From Fibrobacteria bacterium (lineage in GTDB: Bacteria > Fibrobacterota > Fibrobacteria > UBA11236), in contig JAYTSD010000020.1 in assembly GCA_043745805.1 (NCBI GenBank), positions 32,001 through 96,000 on the forward strand: a stretch of 64,000 nt of DNA, in the 5' to 3' direction. Below, piece by piece: positions 1 to 8,966 of the stretch (positions are counted from its first letter, which is position 1; every line of letters starts with the position of its first letter). Position numbers and translations under genes: made by a program. A model generated the notes under the pieces. It made no database searches, was not told the DNA's origin, and worked only from the letters and a program-made list of their open reading frames with translations.

Positions 1-577
1 GTAAAGCATTTTGTGTGCCTTGAATCACAATGGGTAAAATGGGCAATTGCATTTGTTTGGCCAGCATAAATGCCCCAGCTTTAAATGCGCCTAGCTTACC
101 GGTTTTGGAACGAGTGCCTTCAGGAAAAATAAAAACGGAATCACCACCCATTAAAGTTTTTTCGCAAGCTTTAAGCATTTGTTGAATGCTTGATTTGTCG
201 CGTCGCTTTACGGATATATAACGATTGAGACGCATATTCCAACCGATAAAAGGAACCAAAAAAATTTCGTATTTGGATACCCATTTAAAATGCACAAACA
301 ATCGATAAAAAATCAAAATATCGAGCAAGGATTGATGATTGGAAACGATAACATAAGTTTGTCTGGAATTATGCTTTTCTCGCCCTTTAATAGTCACAGG
401 CCACGCGGGCATGCTCCAAGTATAAAGACTAGCCCAAAAACAAGTTAGCAAGTGGAGCGCGCGTAAATGCCGGTCAAAAGGCGCGGTAATAGCCCAAACC
501 AATAAAGCCACAAAAAATAAGAGTATAGAGGTTACTGCCATGTAACATAAAAAAAGAAAACCCGCTACTTTCATCAT
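1..577 (-). CDS. 1-acyl-sn-glycerol-3-phosphate (lysophospholipid) acyltransferase, runs off the window edge
   Basis: Not in the ORF track. Manual translation from the ATG at 577 gives MMKVAGFLFL...SNHQSLLD...FIFPEGTRS...LPILPIVI, which contains the NHxSxxD and FPEGTRS PlsC-family motifs. Confidence 0.9.
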   Translation of the reverse strand, partial: MMKVAGFLFLCYMAVTSILLFFVALLVWAITAPFDRHLRALHLLTCFWASLYTWSMPAWPVTIKGREKHNSRQTYVIVSNHQSLLDILIFYRLFVHFKWVSKYEIFLVPFIGWNMRLNRYISVKRRDKSSIQQMLKACEKTLMGGDSVFIFPEGTRSKTGKLGAFKAGAFMLAKQMQLPILPIVIQGTQNAL

Positions 578-628
578 AGATTTAAAATGTACCAAATGAA
601 AAGGCGAGTGAGAAGGCTGAAATTGTGC

Positions 629-1669
629 TTACCAAATCACCTTGGTTTTAAGCACTTTGTCCGGCCCTCGCACTTTGACCCAATAAAGTCCTGAAGGGAT
701 ATTTATGTCATTAAGCCAGAGACCTGTTTGATTATTTAAAACCTGCAAGCTTTGAAAAACTATTTGGCCACGAATATCAAAAAAAGAAATGTTAACGGGA
801 ATGTTACTCTTGAAATTGGTTTGTAAAAATAATCGATGATTACTTTTCGCCATGGCTTGAATTGCGGGAAGGTTTTTAGTTTGAGGCAATACCCTTCCTG
901 GTGAACCGCCATTGCAATTTTGACTACTACTCCATGTGGGATTAAAAGTATTGGCCCATGTAATTTGAGCGGCAGACATAGTACAAAGCTGATTGCTTTG
1001 TAGCGATAATGATTTTAATACGGATATTTGCGTGATATCGGTTGGTAAGGATTGTATTCGATTAAAACCAAGATCAAGATTTTCTAAATAAAAAAGATAA
1101 GAGAAGGTTTCTGGAAGTTGGGTTAAGGCATTGGCTGACAAATCTACTTCTAAGAGAAAAACCAAACTTCCAAATTCCACTGGTAAGGCACTAATACTAT
1201 TGCGATTTAAAGTTAAATAGGTAAGATTATCCATATTGCCAATTTCGGGAGGCAAGGTAGTTAAATTATTTTCAGCGGCATTTAAAATCAACAACTGTTT
1301 CAAATTTCCAATTTGCGGAGGTAATTGAGTCAAGGAGTTAGAGTTTAAATTTAATTCAATCAATCCGGTCAAATTCCCTATCTCTTTGGGAAGGGTATCC
1401 AATAAGTTACTATCCAAATCCAAAGATTTTAAACCTTCTAAATTGCCTATTTCTGGAACAAGATCGAGTAATTTCAAGCCTGTTAAATGCAAAGATTCAA
1501 TACGATCATTGCCCTTGGTTGAGATACTGGTAACGGAGGTATTTAACAAATTATTCTTATCTAATAATATGCGTACGGCTAAGGAATCGTGAGAATAAGT
1601 TTGGGCACATAAGTTAACGTTTATGAGGGAAATACAAAAAATGGTTCCAAGACTAAAACGAAAAAACAT
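629..1669 (-). CDS. Secreted leucine-rich-repeat protein with T9SS-type C-terminal sorting domain
   Basis: AAGGAG RBS before the ATG at 1669; signal peptide; about 8 LRRs of 23 aa (LxxLxLxxNxLxxLPxEIGxL); C-terminus ISFFDIRGQIV...SGLYWVKV...KVIW. Confidence 0.8.
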   Translation of the reverse strand: MFFRFSLGTIFCISLINVNLCAQTYSHDSLAVRILLDKNNLLNTSVTSISTKGNDRIESLHLTGLKLLDLVPEIGNLEGLKSLDLDSNLLDTLPKEIGNLTGLIELNLNSNSLTQLPPQIGNLKQLLILNAAENNLTTLPPEIGNMDNLTYLTLNRNSISALPVEFGSLVFLLEVDLSANALTQLPETFSYLFYLENLDLGFNRIQSLPTDITQISVLKSLSLQSNQLCTMSAAQITWANTFNPTWSSSQNCNGGSPGRVLPQTKNLPAIQAMAKSNHRLFLQTNFKSNIPVNISFFDIRGQIVFQSLQVLNNQTGLWLNDINIPSGLYWVKVRGPDKVLKTKVIW

Positions 1670-1779
1670 AAAACTCCTTGAATGAATAATTATAGAGTAG
1701 GCCGGTAGTTTATGTTCGCAAAAACAAATTTTAAGTTCACCACTCTTAACCAAATTAAAATCAAAAAGAAAATATTTGC

Positions 1780-1844
1780 GTGTACTATTCAGTACTCGTA
1801 GGTGAACTAGGCAGTACTAGAATTAATGTACGGTAGAGTATACT
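1780..1844. promoter_or_regulatory. Candidate upstream activator sites for a sigma54 enhancer-binding protein
   Basis: gtgtactattcagtact (1780-1796) and gtgaactaggcagtact (1802-1818) repeat with a 22-bp period, with a weaker third copy at 1826-1844. They lie 90-155 bp upstream of the -24/-12 element. Confidence 0.55.
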
Positions 1845-1933
1845 TCTTTGTTCCAGTTCAGCCAATTACAGTAAGAGCAAAAAAACGAAGCAAAAATCCA
1901 ACTCAATTTCATCATAAATATGTATTTATACTC

Positions 1934-1950
1934 TTGGCATTAGCCTTGCT
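1934..1950 (+). promoter_or_regulatory. sigma54 (-24/-12) promoter
   Basis: TTGGCATTAGCCTTGCT has exact GG-N10-GC spacing and matches TGGCAC-N5-TTGCW. It is about 47 bp before the ATG at 1998, and a sigma54 activator is encoded downstream. Confidence 0.85.
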
Positions 1951-1997
1951 TAAAAGAATATTACCTCGAAGGCGGGGCCACAAAAATAGGAGATAAT

Positions 1998-2645
1998 ATG
2001 AATAAATTAATTTTAAATACCATGATAGCTGGCGGTTTGGCCTTGGGTATTTCACATGCAGGCGGTATGGATTCAACCCACGTTGTTGACATAGCAAAAT
2101 TGGAAGAAATGAAAGCGGCGTTTGAAAAAAAACGTGAAGAGCTTAAACCAAAACATGACTCTATTGCTGAAACACATAAAGTTGATGTTGAAAAGTTTGT
2201 TGAAAAAGCCAAAGCAGAACGTGAGAAATGGCATGCACAACGTGATGCAGCACATGACCAATTCAAAGTTTTGTTAGAAGAATATAAAGGTAAATTTGCC
2301 GGCGCTGTAAGTGAAGCTGAAAAACAAAAATTACGCGAAGAATTAGAAAGCAAAATCAAAGCTTTGCGTACGAATTTAAAAGACGACCATAAGAAAGCCC
2401 AAGAAGACGACAAGAAAGTTCGTGAAGCCGATATTGCTGCGCATAAAGCAGAATGCGATAAGCTGCAAGGTGAACATAAGGCGGACTTGGATGCTTTGAA
2501 AGCCGATTGGGAAAAGAAAAAAGCAGAATGGCAAACCACGGTAAAAGCGGATCAAAAACTTACGGAAGCACAAATTGCTGAACTCAAAGCAAAATGGGAA
2601 GAATGGAGAAAGAGTCATCCAGTTCCAGCTCCCGTAACACCATAA
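1998..2645 (+). CDS. Secreted/periplasmic highly charged alpha-helical (coiled-coil) protein
   Basis: AGGAGA RBS; signal peptide ending ISHA; mature region dominated by K/E/A/D/H; Pro-rich tail. Confidence 0.8.
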   Translation: MNKLILNTMIAGGLALGISHAGGMDSTHVVDIAKLEEMKAAFEKKREELKPKHDSIAETHKVDVEKFVEKAKAEREKWHAQRDAAHDQFKVLLEEYKGKFAGAVSEAEKQKLREELESKIKALRTNLKDDHKKAQEDDKKVREADIAAHKAECDKLQGEHKADLDALKADWEKKKAEWQTTVKADQKLTEAQIAELKAKWEEWRKSHPVPAPVTP

Positions 2646-2649
2646 AAAT

Positions 2650-2682
2650 TTAAGGTCGAATTTTATATCGGCCTTAATTTTT
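2650..2682 (+). terminator. Hairpin directly after the stop codon (possible first terminator)
   Basis: ttaaggtcga / tcggccttaa stem with one G-U pair, followed by ttttt. Confidence 0.5.
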
Positions 2683-2702
2683 CCTGGTTATATAATTAAC
2701 CC

Positions 2703-2733
2703 AAGCCTCGGTTTTAAGCCGAGGCTTTTTTTT
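2703..2733 (+). terminator. Rho-independent terminator
   Basis: aagcctcgg-ttttaag-ccgaggctt stem-loop followed by a T run. Confidence 0.85.
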
Positions 2734-2744
2734 AATTTGTTACT

Positions 2745-4040
2745 ATGATAAAATTTTTTAATGCTTTTCTATTGCTATTCATTATTTGTGCCGCAACGCT
2801 TTATGCACAATCTGAAAAAAAAATAAAAGAAATAACTAATTGCCAAGTCTCACTAGATTCCATTATTCAAGGATTTAATAATGGGGATCCCAAAATTATC
2901 AAAATTGATTTATCAAAGCTGAAATGTAATGAGGAACAAATTTATCAAAGCAATTATTATCAAGGATTAGGACTTTATTTTTTGGATGAATGGGAACTTG
3001 CTTTACTGCGTTTTACTTGGGCTTTAGAAACGCAAGGTGTTCATGATGAAGAATTATTTTTTTTGACTTGGAAAATTTTTGTAAAAGTTGGGGATGTCGA
3101 AGCGCAAAAACAAACTATTGAAGAGTTGCATGAAAAATTTCCTGCTTCGAATCACTTAATTGAAATGTTAAACTATGTGCCTACGGTAAAACATAAAGCA
3201 AAAAACTGGGTCATTAGCACAACACAAGGCGTGTCAGCTGTAAGAACTCCCGGCTATGCTCAAAATTGGTCTAGTCACAGTTTGGATGCAAGTCTTAAAC
3301 AAAAAGTGGGAAGCCAAAATTTTTCTGAAGGTTTAGGCGCTAGTGCAAAAATGGATATTGATTCAGTCGCGCTAGATAGTTGGCATAGCTATGGAATCTT
3401 TATTTATGGACTATTAGGATTTTCCGCTGAGGTGGATTTGGGAATAGGGTATAGTAAATCCTTGATTACCTTGAATCCCAATAGTACGAGCCCTTTAAAC
3501 TTAAGTAATCATTGGAGCCTAGATGCAAAGTTGGAAATAGGCAAATCATTTTCTTTAGGCTCAGGATCACAATTAGAAGCGAAAATAAATTATTTGCATC
3601 CTCGCCAAGATTGGCAGGAAATAGGTTTTAAAAATAGTGTGTATAAAATAGTGGGGAATTGGTTTTATATTGCGGAAATAAATGGTTATAAAGATTGGTT
3701 AAACACTTCTGACGACACACTTTTCAGAACGACAAAAGGATATTATGGGGGGAAAATAATGTTAAATGTTTACTATGAAATTAGTAATAAGAATTCATTT
3801 GGTTCGGGACTTGATTATACTTGGGAAATGGAAAATTTATCTAGCTCTACTGCTAATTCTGATCTTTTTGGGCAAAATCCCAATAGTCGTAATCAAATGA
3901 ATATAAATTTATCATATTCCTATGAGCCATTAAATTGGCTTAGTTTTTCATTATCAGGAGCCGTGGGTTATCAAAATAATAGCGAACAAACTGATGGTTG
4001 GATACGCAGAGCGAATGCTTTTGTAAGACTTTCATATTAG
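2745..4040 (+). CDS. Putative outer-membrane protein: N-terminal TPR-like helices plus C-terminal beta-barrel
   Basis: Signal peptide; TPR-like YYQGLGLYFLDEWELA...FPAS; amphipathic strands in the C-terminal two thirds; terminal strand AFVRLSY ending in an aromatic residue. Confidence 0.65.
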   Translation: MIKFFNAFLLLFIICAATLYAQSEKKIKEITNCQVSLDSIIQGFNNGDPKIIKIDLSKLKCNEEQIYQSNYYQGLGLYFLDEWELALLRFTWALETQGVHDEELFFLTWKIFVKVGDVEAQKQTIEELHEKFPASNHLIEMLNYVPTVKHKAKNWVISTTQGVSAVRTPGYAQNWSSHSLDASLKQKVGSQNFSEGLGASAKMDIDSVALDSWHSYGIFIYGLLGFSAEVDLGIGYSKSLITLNPNSTSPLNLSNHWSLDAKLEIGKSFSLGSGSQLEAKINYLHPRQDWQEIGFKNSVYKIVGNWFYIAEINGYKDWLNTSDDTLFRTTKGYYGGKIMLNVYYEISNKNSFGSGLDYTWEMENLSSSTANSDLFGQNPNSRNQMNINLSYSYEPLNWLSFSLSGAVGYQNNSEQTDGWIRRANAFVRLSY

Positions 4041-4073
4041 TGTAAAACATTAATAGAATTGAAATATTAAATC

Positions 4074-5393
4074 ATGAGAAAACAGTTATGGGGTGTTTTA
4101 GCTTTTGCGATAAGTGCTCTGATTATATTCTTTGGATTCTCTATCTTTATTTTTTCGCGAAATTTAACGGAAGCACGCCATCAATCGGAAAGTAAATTAT
4201 TTGAATTGGCTGGATACGTAGCAGGACATATTCAAGAAGATGTTTTTGCCGAACAATTTACTTTACCCCTCACTTTTTTTCCTCTATCCTATGCTCAGCA
4301 ACAAGGTCTATGGCTGCAAAAATTATCCAGAGCCGCTGGACTCGAAAGAGTTTTCATTACGGATTCTTCAGGTAACCTTTATGTTTCTAGTCAAGGTAAT
4401 TTAAATATAGGCACCCAAATCATACCCTTTTTAGCGGATAGCATGCAGTTCTTTTTTGCCGGAGCACAAAATCAACCGGCATTGACCTCTTGGATCAAAT
4501 CGAAAAGCGTTTATTATCAATCAATCTATTTCCCTTTCTTAATTAATGGGAAAATTTTTTTGGTAGTAATGGAATCGGATCAGAATTTTATTGCTAATAC
4601 GGAACAGTTTCGTAAATATATTTTTGTGGGGTCTTTATTTTTATTGGGATTACTTTTTGCCTTAACTATGGGTTTGATTTTATTAGATAAAAAAGTTAAT
4701 GCCGCATTAATTCGTTCCCAACATCAGGAACGCTTGGTATTTTTGGGGCAAACCGCAGCCGAATTAGCTCATGAATTAAAAAATCCATTGGGTATTATGA
4801 AGGCGTCCATTGATATTTTACGTAAGCAAATAGATCCAGAACATAAAAACAAAGTCTTTATGTTTCTTTCCGATGAAACAATGCGCTTATCACGTCTCAT
4901 CAATAATATTTTGAGTTTCTCCAAAGAAAAAACTATGGATAAATATCCTTTTTCGGTCTTACTGGTTTTGCAAGAATGCCAAGCGGGGCTGGAAGTATTG
5001 CATCCAGAAGTACATTGGGATTTCAAAATACCCAGTAACTTGCAATTAATTGGTGATAAAGATGCTTTTAGGCAAATAGCTGAAAATCTTTTACGTAATG
5101 CTATACAGGCCCTTGCGGGCAAAGGAAGGCTTTGTGTAGCTTTTGAAAATAAAATTTCAGGAAAAAACCAATTACTGTTTTTAGATAATGGACCGGGTGT
5201 ATCCATGGCTGTGAAAGCAAAGCTTTTCGAGCCTTTTGTTTCTGAATCAGAATCAGGAACGGGTTTGGGTTTAGCCATTGTGAAAAAATTATGTGAAAAG
5301 TTGGATTGGAATATTTCTGTGCAAACGGCCACTCTACCTTATCAAACCGCTTTTGTCTTGGAGTTTCCCTCCGAGGCCATGCAAAAGGAATAA
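4074..5393 (+). CDS. Membrane sensor histidine kinase
   Basis: Two TM helices flanking a periplasmic domain; H-box ELAHELKNPL, N-box NLLRNA, G1 DNGPG, F-box LFEPF, G2 GTGLGL. Confidence 0.95.
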   Translation: MRKQLWGVLAFAISALIIFFGFSIFIFSRNLTEARHQSESKLFELAGYVAGHIQEDVFAEQFTLPLTFFPLSYAQQQGLWLQKLSRAAGLERVFITDSSGNLYVSSQGNLNIGTQIIPFLADSMQFFFAGAQNQPALTSWIKSKSVYYQSIYFPFLINGKIFLVVMESDQNFIANTEQFRKYIFVGSLFLLGLLFALTMGLILLDKKVNAALIRSQHQERLVFLGQTAAELAHELKNPLGIMKASIDILRKQIDPEHKNKVFMFLSDETMRLSRLINNILSFSKEKTMDKYPFSVLLVLQECQAGLEVLHPEVHWDFKIPSNLQLIGDKDAFRQIAENLLRNAIQALAGKGRLCVAFENKISGKNQLLFLDNGPGVSMAVKAKLFEPFVSESESGTGLGLAIVKKLCEKLDWNISVQTATLPYQTAFVLEFPSEAMQKE

Positions 5394-5395
5394 AG

Positions 5396-6763
5396 ATGTC
5401 AAGAATACTCATTGTGGATGATGAAGCAAAACTTCGCACCTTAATTGCCATGGCTTTAGAGGCCGAAGGCTGGGAAACCTTGGAGGCAGGAAGTGGCGAA
5501 GAAGCCCTACACGTTTTAGAAAAAAATAGCTTTGATGTTTTAATTACCGATATTCGTATGCCAGGAATATCTGGCTTAGAATTATTAAAAAAAGCAAAAG
5601 GTCTTTCGCCAAGCTTAGAATTTTTGGTGATGACAGCTTATGCCGATGCAGCTACTGGCGTAGAGGCCATGCGCAGCGGGGCTCTGGAGTATTTGATTAA
5701 ACCTTTCGAAATGGATGAATTGACCTTATTGGTTAAAACGGCCATTGAACGACGCAAATTAAAACTCGAATTAAGTGATTTAAGAGAAAGAGAATTTGGA
5801 CGTTACCGTTTGGATCGAATTGTTGGCCATTCCAAAGCAATGCAAGAAGTTATTCGACAATGTAAAATGGTCGCTACGCGTGATACCACGGTATTGATTC
5901 GTGGAAATAGTGGTACTGGAAAAGAATTGATTGCTCGCGGCATTCATAATCAAAGTGGGCGTGAAGTTTTTGTGGCGGTGAATTGTGGTGCAGTTCCTGA
6001 AAATCTTTTGGAATCGGAATTATTTGGTCATGAAAAAGGATCTTTTACGGGAGCCGCCACCACTAAAATTGGTTATTTCGAACGGGCCGGTTTAGGAACT
6101 ATTTTTTTAGATGAAATTGGTGACGTGTCTCCTGCTATGCAGGTAAAGCTCCTGAGAGTATTGCAGGAAAAAGAATTTACTCGAGTGGGCGGCCAACAAG
6201 TTTTGAAAACTCAAGCAAGAGTTATCACGGCCACACATCGAAATTTAGAAGAGGAAGTGGAGCAGAAACATTTTCGCCAAGATTTATATTATCGCTTAAA
6301 TGTTTTTCCAGTGTTTGTGCCCTCACTATCGGAGCGGTTAGTGGATATTCCTGATTTGGTAGATACCTTTTTAAAGAAGTTTCGTCATGAAGCAGGTTTG
6401 GCAGAAGGGGTACTTTCTAAGCTACTGGAATATTCTTGGCCTGGTAATGTAAGGGAACTGGAAAATTGCTTGGAGCGAGCGGCTATTATGGCGGCGGGCA
6501 AGTCTATTGAATTGCATCAACTTCCAGAATATGTGCGGTCTAAAAAAGTTTTAGAAAAAGCTTCTGCTTTTCGGCTTCCCGAAACCGGATTATCATTAGA
6601 GGAGTTGGAAAAAAGTTTGGTTTTGCAGGCTTTGGATATGGCCAAAGGAAATAAAACCAAAGCCGCTGTATTACTAGGAATCTCTCGACGCGCGCTTTAT
6701 TCAAAAATGCATACGCATTCTATTCGCGGTTATGGCGAAGAGGAATCTGTAAAAGCTGAATAG
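5396..6763 (+). CDS. sigma54-dependent response regulator (NtrC/ZraR family)
   Basis: The ATG at 5396 follows an AAGGA RBS; receiver domain (ILIVDDE, TDIRMP), Walker A GNSGTGKE, GSFTGA loop, Walker B FLDEIG, Fis-type HTH. Confidence 0.95.
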   Translation: MSRILIVDDEAKLRTLIAMALEAEGWETLEAGSGEEALHVLEKNSFDVLITDIRMPGISGLELLKKAKGLSPSLEFLVMTAYADAATGVEAMRSGALEYLIKPFEMDELTLLVKTAIERRKLKLELSDLREREFGRYRLDRIVGHSKAMQEVIRQCKMVATRDTTVLIRGNSGTGKELIARGIHNQSGREVFVAVNCGAVPENLLESELFGHEKGSFTGAATTKIGYFERAGLGTIFLDEIGDVSPAMQVKLLRVLQEKEFTRVGGQQVLKTQARVITATHRNLEEEVEQKHFRQDLYYRLNVFPVFVPSLSERLVDIPDLVDTFLKKFRHEAGLAEGVLSKLLEYSWPGNVRELENCLERAAIMAAGKSIELHQLPEYVRSKKVLEKASAFRLPETGLSLEELEKSLVLQALDMAKGNKTKAAVLLGISRRALYSKMHTHSIRGYGEEESVKAE

Positions 6764-7715
6764 CTAATTCCCAAGCGGATTTCATGGATTGAAAATCCGC
6801 TTCTCCTTTACCCGCAATTTCAAAGGCTGTGCCATGATCAGGCGAGGTTCGGACAAAGGGTAACCCCAAAGTGCAATTTACACCATGAGCAAAATCCACC
6901 GTTTTCATAGGGCCAAAACCTTGATCATGATACATGGCTAGCACCGCATCGAATTGACCTTTTAAGCCTTGTAAAAATACCGTATCTCCTGGAAACGGTC
7001 CTTGTGTGGGGTAACCTTCACGTTTCAGTTCTTCCATAGCTGGAATTAAAATATCAATTTCTTCATGTCCAAAAAGCCCACCTTCACCCGCATGGGGGTT
7101 CACACCCGCTAAGGCAATACGTGGTTTAGCTGTGCGTGTGGCTAAAAGTGTTTTCCAGGTTAGTTTTACTACGGCCTTAATGCGCTGTTTGGTAATGACA
7201 TCAAGAGCTTGACGCAAAGATACATGATCCGTTACATGACTGACAATTAATTTCGGATGTACTAAAGCCATGATTACGGTTTCTGCGCGAGTCATTTTTT
7301 CTAAAATATCCGTATGCCCTACAAAATGATGCCCCGCAGCATTCATCGCCGTTTTATGTAACGGAGCAGTTACAATAGCCTCGGCCTCACCGCATAAGCA
7401 AGCTTCTACGGCATAGGTAAAATAATGATAAGCTGCATTACCACATACAGCCGATATTTTCCCCATTTCAAAATCGGCACTGCTGATTAAATCTAAGCTG
7501 CGCACTTTCACATAATTTTCAATTGGGTTTTGATCTGAACAAAATTTAATCGGACTATGTAGTCGCTTAGCGGTTTCTTCGAGTATGGACTGTTCACCGA
7601 TAATAATATTTTCAATGCCTGCATGCAGGGGTAAAGTATTTAAAGTCTTAACAATGACTTCTGGACCAATGCCAGCAGGGTCGCCTAAAGTAATAAGGAT
7701 TTTTTTTGTAACCAT
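6720..7715 (-). CDS. pdxA: 4-hydroxythreonine-4-phosphate dehydrogenase (PdxA family)
   Basis: GDPAGIGPE, NPHAGE, AMYHDQG and RTSPDHGTA motifs. Confidence 0.92.
   Translation of the reverse strand: MVTKKILITLGDPAGIGPEVIVKTLNTLPLHAGIENIIIGEQSILEETAKRLHSPIKFCSDQNPIENYVKVRSLDLISSADFEMGKISAVCGNAAYHYFTYAVEACLCGEAEAIVTAPLHKTAMNAAGHHFVGHTDILEKMTRAETVIMALVHPKLIVSHVTDHVSLRQALDVITKQRIKAVVKLTWKTLLATRTAKPRIALAGVNPHAGEGGLFGHEEIDILIPAMEELKREGYPTQGPFPGDTVFLQGLKGQFDAVLAMYHDQGFGPMKTVDFAHGVNCTLGLPFVRTSPDHGTAFEIAGKGEADFQSMKSAWELAIQLLQIPLRHNRE
7486..7508. repeat. 23-bp exact direct repeat, copy 1 (inside pdxA)
   Basis: attaaatctaagctgcgcacttt, identical to 8921-8943. Confidence 0.85.
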
Positions 7716-7818
7716 TCTCTTAATGTATTAATTGTAAGGCGACTAATCAGCGGAGAGAATTGATCCAAGAGAAGTAATGGCCTTAACCCATTGCCAATCA
7801 AGCAAATAGCTTAATAGA

Positions 7819-8877
7819 TTAAGGTGCATTGTTGTTCACAATGTAAGTCTTGCGAGCACCATCGGGTGTTTGGAGTATTACAGTATACATTCCCTTTTGT
7901 GAATGATTGGCAAATGGAATAGGCATTTGTACCAAACCTGTTTGCAATACAGGAAAATTTATTTGATTTAATTTTTTCCCGGAAACGGAAAATAAGGTAA
8001 CTTGAGCAATACCTTGTTGGGATGCATTAAAAGTCAATAATCCATTCCGAAATTCTGGATTTGCATTTGTGGTTCCTTTTCCATTTTTAAAAATGGCTAC
8101 GCCAGAGCTAACTATTAAAGTGTCAATTAATTGTGGAGCTACTTTGGGAGGAAGGCATTGGGGTTTTGCGAATTCACAAGCTTGCATCACATTCACATAT
8201 ACAGGATAAATACCATCATTGAGTGCAGTTGACTCAAAACTGGGCCCAAAAGGACGAAGATCCGCGATACAAACATTGTCTGGATGGTTTTCAATAACAA
8301 AGGATAAATTGATGTTTCCACTTTGTACTTCCAAAGCATTGTAGCTAAATGAGGTTTGGCAACTCCCATAAGTATTGCTTAATAATTTTAAAGTAAACGC
8401 GGATTTAGCAGGCACTGCTTTCGGGGTGATAAACCATGGTTTATTATTTTTAGTGATCACTAATGTATCAACTAATTCCAATGGGACTGCCATTTTGCAG
8501 GAAGGTACTTGCACCATACAAGGCGCGAGTGCCGAAGCATATACTTTATATTTTCCTGGGTTTAAGGCTGGCAATATATAGCTAGGCCCATAAGCTCTGA
8601 ATATCAAGGGACAAATTGCAGTAGAGTCTTGTTCTGCTAAAAAGGACAAAACAATTTCATCCCCGTTTACCGTTGCTTGTAAATGCGAAAATCTACTCCC
8701 GCAATTAAAGCCATAGCTTAATAAATCGATAGGAAAGCTCGCATCGGATAAAGCGGTTTTGGGTGAAATATTGTAAGTAATAATAGGAGAAGCTGCGGAT
8801 ATAGGTTTAACTATAAGAGCGAGCATAAAAAGGCAATACGCGTACAGGCATATTTTCCAAATTTTTTCAGTTTTCAT
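7819..8877 (-). CDS. Secreted protein with two 4-Cys repeat domains and a T9SS-type CTD
   Basis: Signal peptide; two ~110-aa repeats (I.P...C...F...C..GP.F..L..G.Y..C...C...DTL); CTD VTLFSVSGKKL...KGMYTVIL. Confidence 0.8.
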   Translation of the reverse strand: MKTEKIWKICLYAYCLFMLALIVKPISAASPIITYNISPKTALSDASFPIDLLSYGFNCGSRFSHLQATVNGDEIVLSFLAEQDSTAICPLIFRAYGPSYILPALNPGKYKVYASALAPCMVQVPSCKMAVPLELVDTLVITKNNKPWFITPKAVPAKSAFTLKLLSNTYGSCQTSFSYNALEVQSGNINLSFVIENHPDNVCIADLRPFGPSFESTALNDGIYPVYVNVMQACEFAKPQCLPPKVAPQLIDTLIVSSGVAIFKNGKGTTNANPEFRNGLLTFNASQQGIAQVTLFSVSGKKLNQINFPVLQTGLVQMPIPFANHSQKGMYTVILQTPDGARKTYIVNNNAP

Positions 8878-8920
8878 TTGTCACCATCATTCTTAAATAG
8901 TTAGTAGTTACTTATTAATT

Positions 8921-8943
8921 ATTAAATCTAAGCTGCGCACTTT
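8921..8943. repeat. 23-bp exact direct repeat, copy 2 (intergenic)
   Basis: Identical to 7486-7508. Confidence 0.85.
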
Positions 8944-8966
8944 TACGCCATTTTTAATGTAACCCT

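Noticed and set aside
1961-2539. 192-aa minus-strand ORF
   Set aside because: Antisense shadow of the 1998-2645 gene, which has the RBS, signal peptide, promoter and terminator.
4769-5451. Minus-strand ORFs of 187 and 116 aa
   Set aside because: They lie opposite the well-supported kinase and regulator and show no motifs.
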